DNA of 64,000 nucleotides from a virus. Taxonomy: Duplodnaviria; Caudoviricetes. Location: the IMG/VR virus record IMGVR_UViG_3300029928_000002, positions 32,001 through 96,000 of that record, one strand, 5' to 3'. The notes below the pieces were generated by a model. It worked only from the letters and a program-made list of their open reading frames with translations. It was not told where the DNA came from and ran no database searches. How positions within the stretch are numbered: the stretch's first letter is position 1; every line of letters begins with the position of its first letter. This document shows positions 25,601 through 39,359 of this stretch, piece after piece. The translations under genes and the position numbers were made by a program.

Positions 25601-26669
25601 TATACAGATAGATTCAGATTGGCAGAATCCAGATTAGATGAGAGCTAAGGATATATCTCCAATTATCAAAACTTTACTAAGCACCTTTAAGAATTATTAT
25701 GTGTATACTAAGTCTACATATACAGTTGATAATGCAAATATAACTATAGCAGATACATAGAATATATGTTATAGTGATAATATAAACAATACTCTCACAA
25801 TTTCAGATTTTGCATTAAATATCCCATAGAGTATATTACAGATAGGAGATGTAAATTATAATTCTTAGGTAACTTCTATTTTAAATACTCGTTGTAATGA
25901 ATCTAAAATATATAATATAGATAAATCTGTTAATTCTACTAAAGCAGTTCTAACTTCTACTGCACAATATTCTGTAAGACTGATATAGCAAAAAGTAGAT
26001 TATCAATATTCTATAAATCCTTTACAAGAAATACTTTCCAGCATAAATGATGTATCTAATATATCCTATCCTGTATTGTTAGAACCTATAAGTTCTCCAA
26101 ATACTGATACCAATATAAATGGAAATATTAAAGCCAAGGAAACTGATACGGCTAATAAGGATAAGTATCTTTATAAAAAGAATGCTTGTAGAATTATTAC
26201 AGATATATATAGAAATGATGAAGAGAGTATGTTAGATGTTAATAGTTACTATACTTTATCTGGAGATACTCCTCAAGAGCATCCTTTTGATCTTTATGAT
26301 GTACTATTACCTATAAGAATAAATATTGATTCTTCTACAGAATATAGCACCCTAATTCTTAATAATGGAAATAATACTAATAAAAATTATTGGGTAGTGC
26401 CGAATAATGTTACAGGTGAAGCTGAAGGGGCAAATGTATCTTCTTTAAGATCGCTACCTAAAACTAATACTTATAAAAGTTCTGGAGCTTTATGTGCACC
26501 AACTCAGATGGCATATAAACATAATAGGACTGATTCTGCATACTGTACTGCTACTTATTGTAATATTCCTATAAATGTGGGAATTTATGCAAAATTCTTT
26601 AATTATGATGTAAATAAGGCAATGCCTAATGCTACAGCATAGTATCAGATTTCTAGTTACAGACCATGA
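22674..26669 (+). CDS. Muzzle/tail-stabilisation protein, N-terminal part with long variable extension (~1331 aa)
   Basis: NGFTGGLSIDLNP...NATLVTGNGDEMILQNDMGN...GYVPVG.KEYGGIAYI...GTYPSP. Track ORFs 24240, 24990 and 26076 are in the same frame. Confidence 0.7.
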
Positions 26670-29600
26670 TAGAACTAACTACTACAAAAAACGAACTAAA
26701 TATAGATGCACAATGTACTTATACTGTTAATATAGTATAGACTGCGGGCAATGGAACATTGAGTTATACGTATAATCCTTTACATAATTTAGAAATATTA
26801 CAAAATGGGGAATATACTCTTAGTGATATGGATACCACTAAATTAAATTTTGATTTACTACATCCATTATAGATGGAATTGTAGAAATCCTACGACAATT
26901 CCATTAATATTATTTTTATTGATAATAAAAATGTTCCTAGATTAATTAATTCAAGATTAGTTGTAAAAGATAATAACACCTATGTATTACCAAATAGATT
27001 GTCCAATACCGAAAATATTTATAGTGGATACAATGACCAGAAGTTTGAAATTCAGACTTCATTAACTAAGACTTTTGATAGTGTATGTACTTGTAAGTAT
27101 GTTGGATTTATAACAAATGGTAGATTGGCTTGTGGAAACTATCATTTTTATATTTCCTACATAGATGGTGATGGTAATTCTACTAACACTGTCGTAGAAA
27201 CAGGATTAATATCGGTATTCTTAGGTAATGACGGAGATCCTTTTTCTGTACATGGTGGTATAAGAGATACTAATAGCTATAAGGGAATTTAGTTACAGTT
27301 TGATAATTTAAATACTGCATATAATCAGTTGTAGATTATCTATTCAAGAGATACTTCTGATGATATGTAGAACTATGTTACTAAGTATTATAGAATTAAT
27401 AAAAAGTTTTAGTATGATTTTGAGAATACTGTAATTAGCATTACTGGATATGAAAATACTTCTAGTATTACTTAGGAAGAGTTTAACATTACTTAGAAAT
27501 AGTTTTTAACAGCTAAAACAGAGGCTTAGGTAAATAATAGACTATTTTTAGGAAATGTTTCATAGAATATAAATTACGATCCTGAATTAAGAACTGCTGC
27601 TATCCAAATATTACCATATCTCTATGTATGTGATAAAAATACTATTATTGGAGATATTAGTACCTCTTATTTAAATAAATAGATAGAGACTTCTGTAGAA
27701 AATTCATTCACTGGAGAATATTATAATTCTAAAAATATATATTATAATCTGGGGTATGCTAATAAGGAGATTTATAGACTTGGAGTTATATTTATTTATA
27801 AAAATGGAGAAAACTCTTCTGTCTATAACATAAGAGGGGGACAAATCCCTACATATGCAACTCTCCCTTCAGAAGGTCCTAAAGGATTTACAGAAATAAA
27901 ATGGAAATCTAGCGACGATGTTACTTGGAATAGTAATGATTCAGTATAGTTATATGACTTTTCTTCTGATTAGTATATTAATAAAACTACTGGAGAAAAT
28001 ACTGCTGGAGTTGTATATTTAAACAATACTAAAACTCCGAAATTCTGGCCTCTATATAGTATTGGAGTATATGTTCCAGAAGATGTTATGAATTATTTAA
28101 AGGCTTCAAATATTATAGGGCTTAAGTTTGTGAGATAGAAGCGAATGCCTTTAAGACTGTGCCAGGCTTACACAATTCCAGTGGATGATGGTTCCAATCT
28201 TCCATTAATACATAGTGGTAAAAATAAATATGTAATAGAATCTTTCCTTACTTAGAATGGAACTACGTCTAGAAAGGTAAATAATAATTATTCTAACAGA
28301 TTATATTCTACTACATATAATAATAAAGAAATAGGTGCCATATGTCCTGACTATATAGTTAAAATGCCTTTCTTTAATCAGTTATTTACCGGAACTAAGT
28401 TTACATTTAGTACTTCTACATAGTAGAATGGAGAAGGTTATTTAACATCAGAAACTTCAGCATCTAGAAATTATAAAGTATCCTCTCACGAATATATATA
28501 GCGTACTTCGTATATATAGGATGTATACGTTGTAGGGCTACAAGATAGTCAACCTACCGCCGCAGCTAATAATTATATTTACAGAGCAAAAGCGGGAGAT
28601 GCTTCAGAAGCTTACAGATATAGATTGATTGGAGATCTACAAAAATAGAATGATAATGGAACATTATCCGCTAAAGATTTACAGAATGATTGTAGACTTG
28701 TTAGGGGATTGTTTTCTCCCTACTTAGGATTAAATAGTTCGGAATTAGATATTGATACTTACTACGATATATATTATCCAGGATTTTCGGAGACTAATAT
28801 AATTAACTATATGTCTGTAAGGATTTAGGACAATTCAGAATATTATCCTATTAGTGATAATATAGATATACAAACTCTTAATTACTATAATCATAATCTT
28901 TATAGAGGGGATAATTATATTTGTAACTTCACTTGGAGAGTAAATCGTAATTTCTCTGATTCTTCAGCACCTACTAACGATATTATCGTTGAAGAGAATA
29001 CATGGATAGATCATTTTAAACCTTCTGATAATTTACCAAAAGATAAGTATGGAGGTAAAACTGAATTTGAATATATAAACAGAGGAGACATAAATGCTGT
29101 TAAACTTGGAAGTTGGATTACTATTAAAGTAGAATCTAATTACAATCTCAATTTAAGAAGTATTGATGAATCTAATACTACAGAAGTTGCTCTATATGGA
29201 CATGGTAGAGGGTTCTATCCAGTAACCAAAATGTCTGCTGATGGAGGATTTAAAATACCGGATAGTCAGCAATTAAATGATGGTTATAATGTAGTATTTG
29301 GAGCTAGGGTATACAATAAATATCCAGATGTTCCATATGTTCAGAATATCTTTACTAATAGAATTTATTATTCTAATATTTATCCATATAATTCTATAAA
29401 TAATGGATATAGAGTATTCAGCACTGTCAATTTCAGAGACTACAACTTTGAACTAGGTTCTATTACTAAAATATTGGAATGGTATGGAGATTTAATATGC
29501 GTATTGGAACATGGTATTGTATATATTCCAGTTCAAGAAAAATCTATTGCAGCTGATGGTACTGACATACATATTAATTACAATAAAATACTTCCTGATA

Positions 29601-31201
29601 AGGGATTAGTTCTTACTTCTGACATAGGTTCTAAATGGTAGGATAGCATTGTTAAAACGCCTTATGGAATTTATGGTGTAGATACTGTTGCTAAGAAGAT
29701 TTGGTAGATTACTGGAAGTGGTAATAGCTCTAAAGTAAATATTATATCTGATTTTAAAGTAGAACAATTCTTAAATAGAAATATTGATTTAGGAGAAACA
29801 GATAATATTCCTGTCTTGGGAATAAGAAATGTTCATTCTCACTGGAATCAGTATAAACAAGAAGTAATGTTTACTTTCTATGATTGGTCAGAACTCTATC
29901 AACAGTTAGGTATTACAGAAGATACTACTGAATTGCCAGAATTGCCTACAATATCTTCGACAGATCCAACTCAAACCAGTGTTGAGAAAATTACTCCTAA
30001 ACGCTATTAGTGGAATTTAGCTTATAATATAATGTCTAGTAGTGATGGAGGAATATTTACTACTTTCTATACATGGATGCCTTCTTATGTATTTAATATT
30101 GATAAATGTATGTATTCTTTAAATGAAGATGCTACAGAATATTCTGTATTAAATTATATAGGAAAACAATTTAAAGAAGATGTTGGCAAATTAAATGATT
30201 GGAAATTAACTAATTATTTAGAGAATACTGATTACGTTTAGACTTTAAATAATGTATGGAAACATGGAGAAACAAATATTCGTCTGAATGAATCTAAACC
30301 ACTACCCACTCATTGGTATGGAATGCAACATCCATTTGAATTTGAATTTATTGTAAGAGATGATCCTTCTGTTTAGAAGATTTGGAATAATCTTTATATA
30401 ATATCTAATTTTGCAGAACCAGAATCATTTAGTTTTAGTATAATTGGTGATGGATATGAATTTAAGAAAGATAAATTAAATATGTATTATCGTCAAGAAG
30501 CTACTAAGAATTTATGGCATAATATGGGAAGTAAAATTACTTACGACAAAGATTACACTTCAATAACTCCAGACTGGAATAATACTATATTAAATAATTA
30601 TATAGATCCAGAAAGACCAAATCAAGTAGTAGGAGTTCCTAAATCTACATATTTCCCATTATACTACAAGAGAGCTAATTTATTACATAATCTAGATGCT
30701 GTAATGTTAGATAGTTATCATAGTCCTATATTTGATTGGAAATATCTATCAGGTAGTGAAATATTCCACAATTCTAGAGAAAATAATTATGGAATCACTA
30801 CACATATTAAATGTTCTCCAAGACATAAATATGGTATATTAAAATCTAATTCAGAATATCTTGAAGATAAATGGGTAATACAAATTCCTAAAATTAATTT
30901 GGTATAGAAAAATGAATCAGATTGGAAGAATCTTCCACCTTTAGTTATTGATTACATACCAAATGATTTATCTACTAAAGATATTTCTGAAGATGTGCTA
31001 CCAGAACAATATAAGGATTCAAAAGTACCTTCCGTAGGTACAGATCCCTACTGGCCACATAGATTAGATTTAGATAAATGGTCATATACTAAATATATGC
31101 CACTTAGAGATAAATGGATTAAAATTAGAGTTAGGTATAGTGGTAAATAGTTAGCTATTATTTCTGCTATACGAACTGTTTATACTGAGAGCTTTGCATA
31201 A
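26666..31201 (+). CDS. Muzzle/tail-stabilisation protein, main part (~1511 aa)
   Basis: NRLFLGN, EIYRLG, YRGD.Y, GIYGVD...KKIW, and C-terminal RDKWIKIRVRYSG; five track ORFs in the same frame. Confidence 0.75.
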
Positions 31202-33240
31202 TGAGTAGTTTAGCTGGAATAGATTTATCTAGTTTAGGATCAAGTATTTCTAAATTAGGTAATAATGTATTTAAAGGAGCTTTAAAAAACCCTTCATTAG
31301 CATCTACTGCATTAGATGTTGTTGGAGGGTTTATTCCCGAAAAATCTGAATATAGTGGTACCTATGGAGATATTACCAAAGCTGCTGATAGTATTTATGA
31401 TACTGCTTCCGATGTGATAGCTGCAGTCCCTGGATGGGGGACTGTAGCATCTCTAGGAATGAAAGGTTTAGGAGTTCTAAACAAAGGTATTAGTGCTATT
31501 GGAGGTGGTACTGATGGTATGACTACAACCGATAGTGTTTTAGGTAGTAATTGGTTAGGATGGACTCCAGTAGGAATGCTTAATGGATTTGGAGGGAAAA
31601 GGTCTCACACTTAGGAATAGGGCCAATCTGAAAGAGATACTATGGCTTCTGTAGGAGGTTCTTATATGGGGTCTGTAGGAGATTGGCAAGATTCTCTTAA
31701 ATATAGTAATAAGAAATATGGCTTATTCTCTAGTGGTGCTAGAAAGAAAGCCAATAGAAAGATAGATGATGCTAATAATAAGATGAATTTAATGACAGGT
31801 ATTAGTAATACTGCCTAGACTTAGATGGAATTAGCCAATAATATGGCAGATACAAATAATATGAGATATTAGATGTAGTTACAGGGAGGATATGATCCTA
31901 CTACAAGATTGGGTAGAAAAGGATTAAAAATAGAATACATTAAAAGAGCTAAGAGAATAGCTAATAAAGTAAAAGATAAGTAGTCTGATGTAGTAAAACA
32001 TCAATCTGGAGGAACTATTGACGAACCTTTCTTTATTCCAACAGATTGGGAACCTCAAGATACTTTATCTAAATTTTAGAAAGGTGGCTCTATAAATATT
32101 ATACCTGAAGGTGCTCTCCATGCTAGATTACATCATATGGAAGATGCTAAAGATCTTACTAAAAAGGGAATCCCTGTAGTAGACAATAAAGGAGTTCAAC
32201 AAGCTGAAATTGAACGTAACGAAATAATCTTTAGAAAGGAAGTTACTGATAAAATAGAGCAACTTGCCAAAGAAGGTACTGATGATGCTGCTATAGAATG
32301 TGGTAAATTACTAGCTAAAGAGATTGTAGAGAATACAGACGATAAAACTGGATTAGTTCCTACATTATTTGAGAAGAAGTAGGATGGAGGAATAGTAAAC
32401 CCTTCCAATACTCAGAACTTCTTAAATTAGCTTAACACTGCATGGAGCTAGCAGTTGGGCAATGTAAATACTAATTTACCCTCGCAGAAAGATTTACAAG
32501 GTCTGTAGAATACTTTAGATATATAGGCTTAGAAACAAGCAGAAAAAAATCTTAGAACTAAATCTATGGTAGGTACAGCTGTTTAGGGAGTTATAAATGC
32601 TATAGGTGAAGGAGAACAACAAAAAGCCTTAAATGAAGCTGCAGAATAGTAGCAAAAAGATGCAGCTATTCAAGGTACTGGAGATATGAATGGTAATGAG
32701 AAAATGTATCAGCAACTATAGCAAAATACTCTTCCTAAAGTTCCTACTGCAGAAAAGGGAATTAAAGTTCCCTACGAAGAATGGGTTAAAGATGTAAATC
32801 CTAAATTTCTAAGTCCTCTATATGATTTAAAATCGGCTTATGAATATAATCCAGAATTGGTGAATAAATGGAAACAAGCTGTTAATTCAGATAATCCTGA
32901 TAAATATTTAAATCTTGTAGAGAAAAACGCTGATGGAGAAGAAATTTATCCTTATCATTTACCTTCTGTAATGCAATTACCTGATGGTGATTACATATTC
33001 TTAAAATTAGGTAAAGAAGATTAGAATAAAGAATTGTAGGGAGAATTAGATTTTTATAATGCCAATAAAGATTTCAAGAAGCTCTATCAGTTAGAGTTTG
33101 ATAAAGACGCTAACAGGTATTTCTATAGAAAGAGATAGAAGTCTTCTAAAAATAAAATCGGAGGTATTTTAAAAGTAATTAGTGATTATGACGATTCTAA
33201 ATTAGATAAGTTAGAATCAATATTAAAAGTAATAGACTAA
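31201..33240 (+). CDS. Virion cargo/ejection protein with QxGG repeats (679 aa)
   Basis: Gly/Ala-rich N-terminal hydrophobic segments; NIIPEGALHARLH, AEIERNEIIF; motifs KHQSGG, KFQKGG, KKQDGG. Confidence 0.7.
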
Positions 33241-33809
33241 TGGAAGAAATAAATATTAAACTTGGAGATAAAGAATTTAAGGTTAAAAAAGCAGAAACAG
33301 AAGAAGAAAAAAGGAAAGGTTTAATGAATGTTGAATCTTTACCTGAAGATAGTGGAATGCTATTCTGCTGGGACAAGCCTCAAAAAGTAAGTATGTGGAT
33401 GCACAATACTAAAATTCCATTGGATATTATTTTTATAAATGAGGATTAGGAAGTTTCTGCTGTAAAACAAGGTAAGCCAGATGATGATACTCTACTTAGT
33501 TAGGATGATACATTATATGTTGTAGAACTTAATAAAGATAGTGGAGTTAAGGTTGGAGATACTTTAGATTTAGAAGATGAAGATGGCCCTGTAATGAAAG
33601 TCTTAGCTCCTGATGGATCTACTTAGATGGAATTGTGGGGAGGAGAAAGAATTGTCTCTAGAAGAGAAACTAAGATTTTAATAAAGAAAGCTATTAAAGC
33701 ATATCAGTCTTAGAGTGATAATGATTATAGAACTTTAGGAAAGTATATGTTTAAAGTATTGAATAAACAAGATAATAGAAAACCAGAATATGTAACGAAA
33801 AAAGACTAA
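33240..33809 (+). CDS. DUF192-family protein with C-terminal extension (189 aa)
   Basis: A.T.EE.RKGLM....LPEDSGMLF...MWMHNTKIPLDIIFI...YVVELN is the DUF192 signature. Confidence 0.8.
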
Positions 33810-33921
33810 ATTTAATATCCCATTTTTTTAAATAATTTATTTATATCGTCAATAACTATGAAAAGGTATATTGGATTTAGTTGTAAATTTAATATTAAAT
33901 TTTTAAAAAACGTAATTAATT

Positions 33922-34224
33922 ATGAATTTGTAGTTTAGAAAATTTCAAGATGGCGGTCAAGTAACTCCAGATTAGAGTGCTGACCAGTCTCAACAAGAAC
34001 AAGCCGCTCCCCAAGAAGGAGGTCAGCAAGATCCTATGGCACAATTGATTCAAGCTGCTGCTCAGGCAGTTTAGAGTCAAGATTGTCAAACAGCTATGCA
34101 AGTTTGTCAAGTACTTGTTCAGATGGCTCAACAAGGTAGTGAAGCTCCTCAAGAAGGTACTGCTGATTAGGGAGAGCCTGTGTACAGAGCAGGTGGTAAA
34201 CTTCTTAGACGTATTACTTTGTAA
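33922..34224 (+). CDS. Small Gln-rich cargo-type protein (100 aa)
   Basis: RKFQDGG at the N-terminus, QDCQTAMQVCQ core, YRAGGKL at the C-terminus; followed by a terminator. Confidence 0.75.
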
Positions 34225-34239
34225 TATATTTAAATGTAC

Positions 34240-34275
34240 AGGGAGCATATCTATTTTGATATACTCCCTTTTATT
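34240..34275 (+). terminator. Intrinsic terminator
   Basis: agggag.atatc...gatat.ctccct followed by a T-tract. Confidence 0.7.
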
Positions 34276-34283
34276 GTTTATAT

Positions 34284-37200
34284 ATGATGGAAAATAATAA
34301 CACTACATAGACTACATCTACTCAAACTGCTTAGAAGCCTTCTGTTCCAGAAGTATCTAAGACTATAGATGTTAATGGAATAAGTCTTGATAGAAGTGCG
34401 GTACTAGACCAACTTAACGGACAGTACAATAGCTTCTTCAATACTTATAAGAATATGTGGAGTAAAAAGCAATAGAAGCAAATATTAGCTCAAAGAGATG
34501 CTTTATTCTCCAATATACAAAATGGAAATATAAATAAAATAGGTAATAATACTGTAGATGTAACCAATATGGAAAATTCCGGCATTGATCCCACAATGAA
34601 CGGTGCTGGACAGATTAATGTTGGATATATATCTAAAGTAGGTAATTGGATGGCTAATAAATATAAGCAAGAACATCCTGAAAAGAAATTTGATGCTACT
34701 ACTTTAGATACTCTGTATAAGAACTACTTTTATGGAGGTTCTGATGATGGTGATACTCAAGCATGGTTAGATTTAGACCCTGCTGATGCTAAAGGAAAAA
34801 GAGGTACTTCCGGTAGAATTGCTGCTTTAAATGGTTGGCTGAATAGTCTCAATTTAGATGATTACTCTTCGGCAGATTCTGCTTTAGGAAGTATGGATTC
34901 TGTAAAATCCAGACTTACTAGACTTAGAACTGCTTTATCAGATGGAGTGCTTAATAACGAAGATTACATGGCAGCTAATTCTTTAGGTTTTAATCTTAGA
35001 AAATATCTGACTGATGAATCTTCTGATGATTTAGCTGCAAAATTAGCTGCACAAGCAGCCGGCAAGGCTGGTACAACAGGTGGAGCAGCCGGCAATGCAG
35101 CAGGTTCTACAGCAGGCGATACAACAGGTGGTACAACTGAAGGTTCGGAAACTCCAAAAAGATCCGCTGCAGAAGAAGCAGTATTTGGAACTACTAAAGA
35201 TGAAGATAAACAAGTAGCTTTAAATCTAGCTGATAGATACCTTAATATATTTAAATAGAATAAAGGTAGGTATGGACAAGGATTTGCAGCTTCACCATTA
35301 GGAGAAGTTCGTATAAAGACTAATGGAGTTTATGATCCTAATAGATCTTTAGGAGTGACTCTAGCTATGTTAAAGAGCTATGGATTTAATAATATAAATA
35401 GCTATCTTAACTATGTAGGTAGAAATGTATTTAGAAGAGGTTTTGGAGAATATCTTTCTAATTATAGAAATAAGAGAGTAGATTTAAATAGATATTTTAA
35501 GTCTACTGGTAGAAAACTTGTTGGAAATGCTCCTACTTATGGACAGCTTTATTCAACAGCTATGGCTAGTTATGTTAGACAGCTTAAAGCTGCTGCAGCT
35601 GCAGGTAAGTCTACAGAACCAATTTATAATTATAAAGGTAATTAGGTTATTGTAGTACCAGAAAGTTTAAATGAACAGACTGGTAATTTAGTATTATACG
35701 ATATAGATAAAGGACTGTTCTATAATGAGAATCTTGGTAATACTAATATCAAAACATCTAATGGAGGATCTTTGATGATGACTTATATGATGACAAAGTA
35801 TCCTTCAATATATAATTAGGACCAACCTTAGACTACTACGGCTCCAGACGTACAGGGCGAAGGAGAATAGACTACTACTACCAACACTGATTCTGCAGAA
35901 GATCGAGATACTGATTCTGACGACAATACAGTATCTTCTGAAAAACAAGGTGGTATTCTTAAAGCATATTTCGGCACTGCAATAGATTATGGTGGTGAAT
36001 CTGCTGATCCAATACAGCCAACATTACCCGTGCCTCCTTCTAAGACATAGATTGCAGCTAAAAGAGCATCGAATGCTGAAAAATTAAAAGCATTAAAACT
36101 ACAATAGGCTAGGAACAAAACAACTATTTCTAAAAATGGCGATTTGAATCTAAGTGCTTCAGACAAATTGAGGGCAGCCGCACTGGCTCAAGATATTATA
36201 AGTGCAGGAGCTGCTTATGGTGTGGGTCCCTACGGTACAACCGTTTCAGCAATTACAGGTTTAACTGGAGCAGCTACTGATGCAGCTGCAGATTGGATGG
36301 ATGATTCTATGACTACTGGAGAAAGACTCGCAAATTTAGGAGTAAACTTGGGTCTTACAGCTGTAGGATTAATTCCTGGAGTTAAAACAGTTACTACTGC
36401 GGGAAAACTTGGGAAATTTGCTATTAAATCTATACCAATACTGCTAGCTGTAAAAGCTGCTCCAGAAATGATTACGTCTTTCAAAAAAGCTGCAGACGGT
36501 AAAGATCTTACAGAAACTGATTATAAAAATATTGTATATGGCTTAAGAATGATTGCCGGCGGGTTTAAAGTTGGAGGACAAGCATATTCTAGTAGACGAT
36601 TTAAGGCAGAACGTAACGCCCAACCGACTACCCGTACCATGCAAGAAATATCTGTTAAAAATAATGGATAGGACGTAAAAGTAAGAGTTACTCCCCAACA
36701 GCTTAAGGATATTAACAAAGCTAAAATTCAGTCAGAAGCTAATGCTAGATTGCAACAAGCCTTAGCCGATAATGGGGTTAAAGAATCAGGAAACTATAAA
36801 GTAAATGATGGGTTATTCCCTGAAAACACTTCCTTAAATCCTTTTAAAAATAGTAAATCTAAGATTTAGGGTAAAGAAGTAACTGAATAGATAAATACAA
36901 ATGGGTTGGTAAGTGATGCTGCCATTGTAAATAGAGCAATGAATATAAAACATCCTTGGATGGCCAAACATCTTAGAACCAACTATGATGTTTACGTTAA
37001 CGGTAAATCTCCAATACGTTTATTCGATATGCCTTCAGTTAGACTATTCGCAGTCAAACAACCTACCTATAACAGAGCTACAGCTATGGAAGATGCTAGA
37101 AATGCAAGAAATGCTGATATTCAGACAGGTAATTCTTAGCCTTCTCCATAGCCTGCTCCACAACCTGCTCCATAGCCTTCTCCGGAACCTGCTCCATAGC

Positions 37201-39359
37201 CTTCTCCGGAACCTGCTCCAGTAGGAGGTAGTGGTACTTCAACAGGAAGTGGTACCTCTTCTGCAGGAAGTTAGCCCGCTCCACAGCCTTAGCCTACTCC
37301 ACAGCCTTCTCCAACAGGAGGTTCTTCAAGTACTGGAACATAGCCTTCCAGCGGAACTTTACTCAAAGATGTATAGAGTATATTCGATTTTAAAAATAAA
37401 GCTATACGCGGAGATAGGTTAGAATAGTTTGTAAGTAATAATAAGTAGGCTTTTGATAATCTTTCTAAAACAGATAAAAAAATCATAAGCGATATTATTA
37501 CTATGGAACAGGGTGCTTTTAAAGGTAGTTCTTATGACGAAGTTGTCAGAAAATAGTTATTGGATATAATAACTAAAATGACAGCTCCCGAAAATAATGC
37601 TCAAGCCTTAGCTGCTAATAAGAGTGTTCTAAGTTCTATTAGATACAGACACGGTGGTATTCTTAAAGCTCAAAATGGTGCGCAATTTACACCACAAGTA
37701 TTTGGTAAGGATAAAAATAGAACTTCTTATGGAGGTATAACTAATACTAATAATAATACTTCGTATTACTCTAATGTATTTACTCCTTATAGTAATTATC
37801 TTATTGATGAGTTAAAATAGTATGGCAAGGATGATACTTACGGTAACTGGCTTAATAATATGCAGGTTCAGCACCATGGTTTATATCAATCTGCTGGAGG
37901 TGCTGGAGGAAATTTCTTAAATACTGCTTATAATAATAATGCTGCTGCTACTAGACAGTATCAATCAGCTTACGATACAGATTCGTTATCTAAGAATCCT
38001 ACTGCTCATGGATTTAATACTAGAGGTATAGCTTTGGCTTCTTAGGCCGGTAGATATTCTAATGTAGGATATTCTAAACGTAATGGACAAGATTCTTTAA
38101 ATACTGCTTGGACACCTGATGGTTCGTATAGTGGACAGACTGATGATAGAAGAATCTTAGGAAGATTAGGCGACTTTACTGATCAACAACTTACTGATTG
38201 GAATAATAAATTAAAGACTGTTGGTTGGGAATAGTATTTAGACCCTACTACTAATTACTATATGTTAAGGAGATTAAACACTCCTACTGGTACTTAGGAA
38301 GACAAGTCTACTAAAGTCGATGGAGCAAATCCTGATGGAATGAAAAAATCTACTGTTCTATAGGATATTGTTGGAGTTATAGATAAATCTAAACCTGCAA
38401 TACTTGGAGCAATTAAAGCCGGATGGGATAATAGATTTAATACTAAGCAGATGAATGAAGCTCTTAGTCATATGAATCCAGTACTGTATAATACTTGGGA
38501 TTTTAATAGAAAAATCTATGGTGATTATGCTACTAGAAACGAATATGACAGAGCGGGAGCAAATGCATAGTTACAAGCTGACAGAGTTGCAGCCAATACG
38601 GCTGATAGTTATCTAGGAGCAGCTACTCAAATGCAAGGTGTTTCACAAGCCGATGATAATAGAATTAAAGGCAGACTTGCTGATAACGATATGATTAGAA
38701 AGACTTATGAAGCCGCTTTGTAGGAGAATAAAGCTAATATCGAAAGACATTCTCAGAATGCTAATTAGAATAGACTTAATCTTAATAATAATGAGCGTGA
38801 GAGACTGTAGACAGTACTTACTACTAATAAGATGAATCACGATAACTGGGCTAGGTGGTATGATAAGTATGTATCATATCCTGCGGAAGAAGATTAGGTT
38901 AACAAGAAAGCATTGCAATAGAAGATAGATATACAAGATCTTGTGCTAAATTCTAATGCAGGTTTGGCCAACACTTTAAAAAATATTAAGGCTAAATGGC
39001 AACCTAAGTATGATGCTGCTACAACAGATGCCTAGAGGTTGTAGATTCAAAACGATATGTAGAAAGAATTAGATGCAGCTACTCTTGATTCTCAGAAAAG
39101 ATAGCTCTGGAATCTAGCTCAACTTAGAGGTTTGCATTATGATTATACTCCTATATGGGAAGCAGGTGATTCTAACTACAATACAGCTACACCTACCTAT
39201 TATAAAGATGGGGGTGCTGCATTGACTATAGCCAGAATACGTGAAAAGAATAAAGATAAGGATAGGCTTGCAAAAAAATGGTAGAAGTCTATAGATAACT
39301 TTTGGAACCAATTTAGTAAATTAAAATAGGCAGATTATTCTAAAATTGTATTTAAATGA
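34284..39359 (+). CDS. Large virion cargo/ejection protein (~1691 aa)
   Basis: Six track ORFs in one frame. Hydrophobic Gly/Ala helices at ~36.2-36.5 kb; KQGGILKA and RHGGILKAQNG motifs; Pro-rich linker. Confidence 0.75.
37137..37220 (+). repeat. 12-bp coding tandem repeat encoding (Q/E)P(S/A)P x7
   Basis: Units tagccttctcca / tagcctgctcca / caacctgctcca / gaacctgctcca. Confidence 0.85.

Noticed and set aside
37137-37320. Short repeats as a CRISPR-like array
   Set aside because: These are in-frame Pro-rich coding repeats without unique spacers; the same applies to 47170-47210 and 47587-47640.
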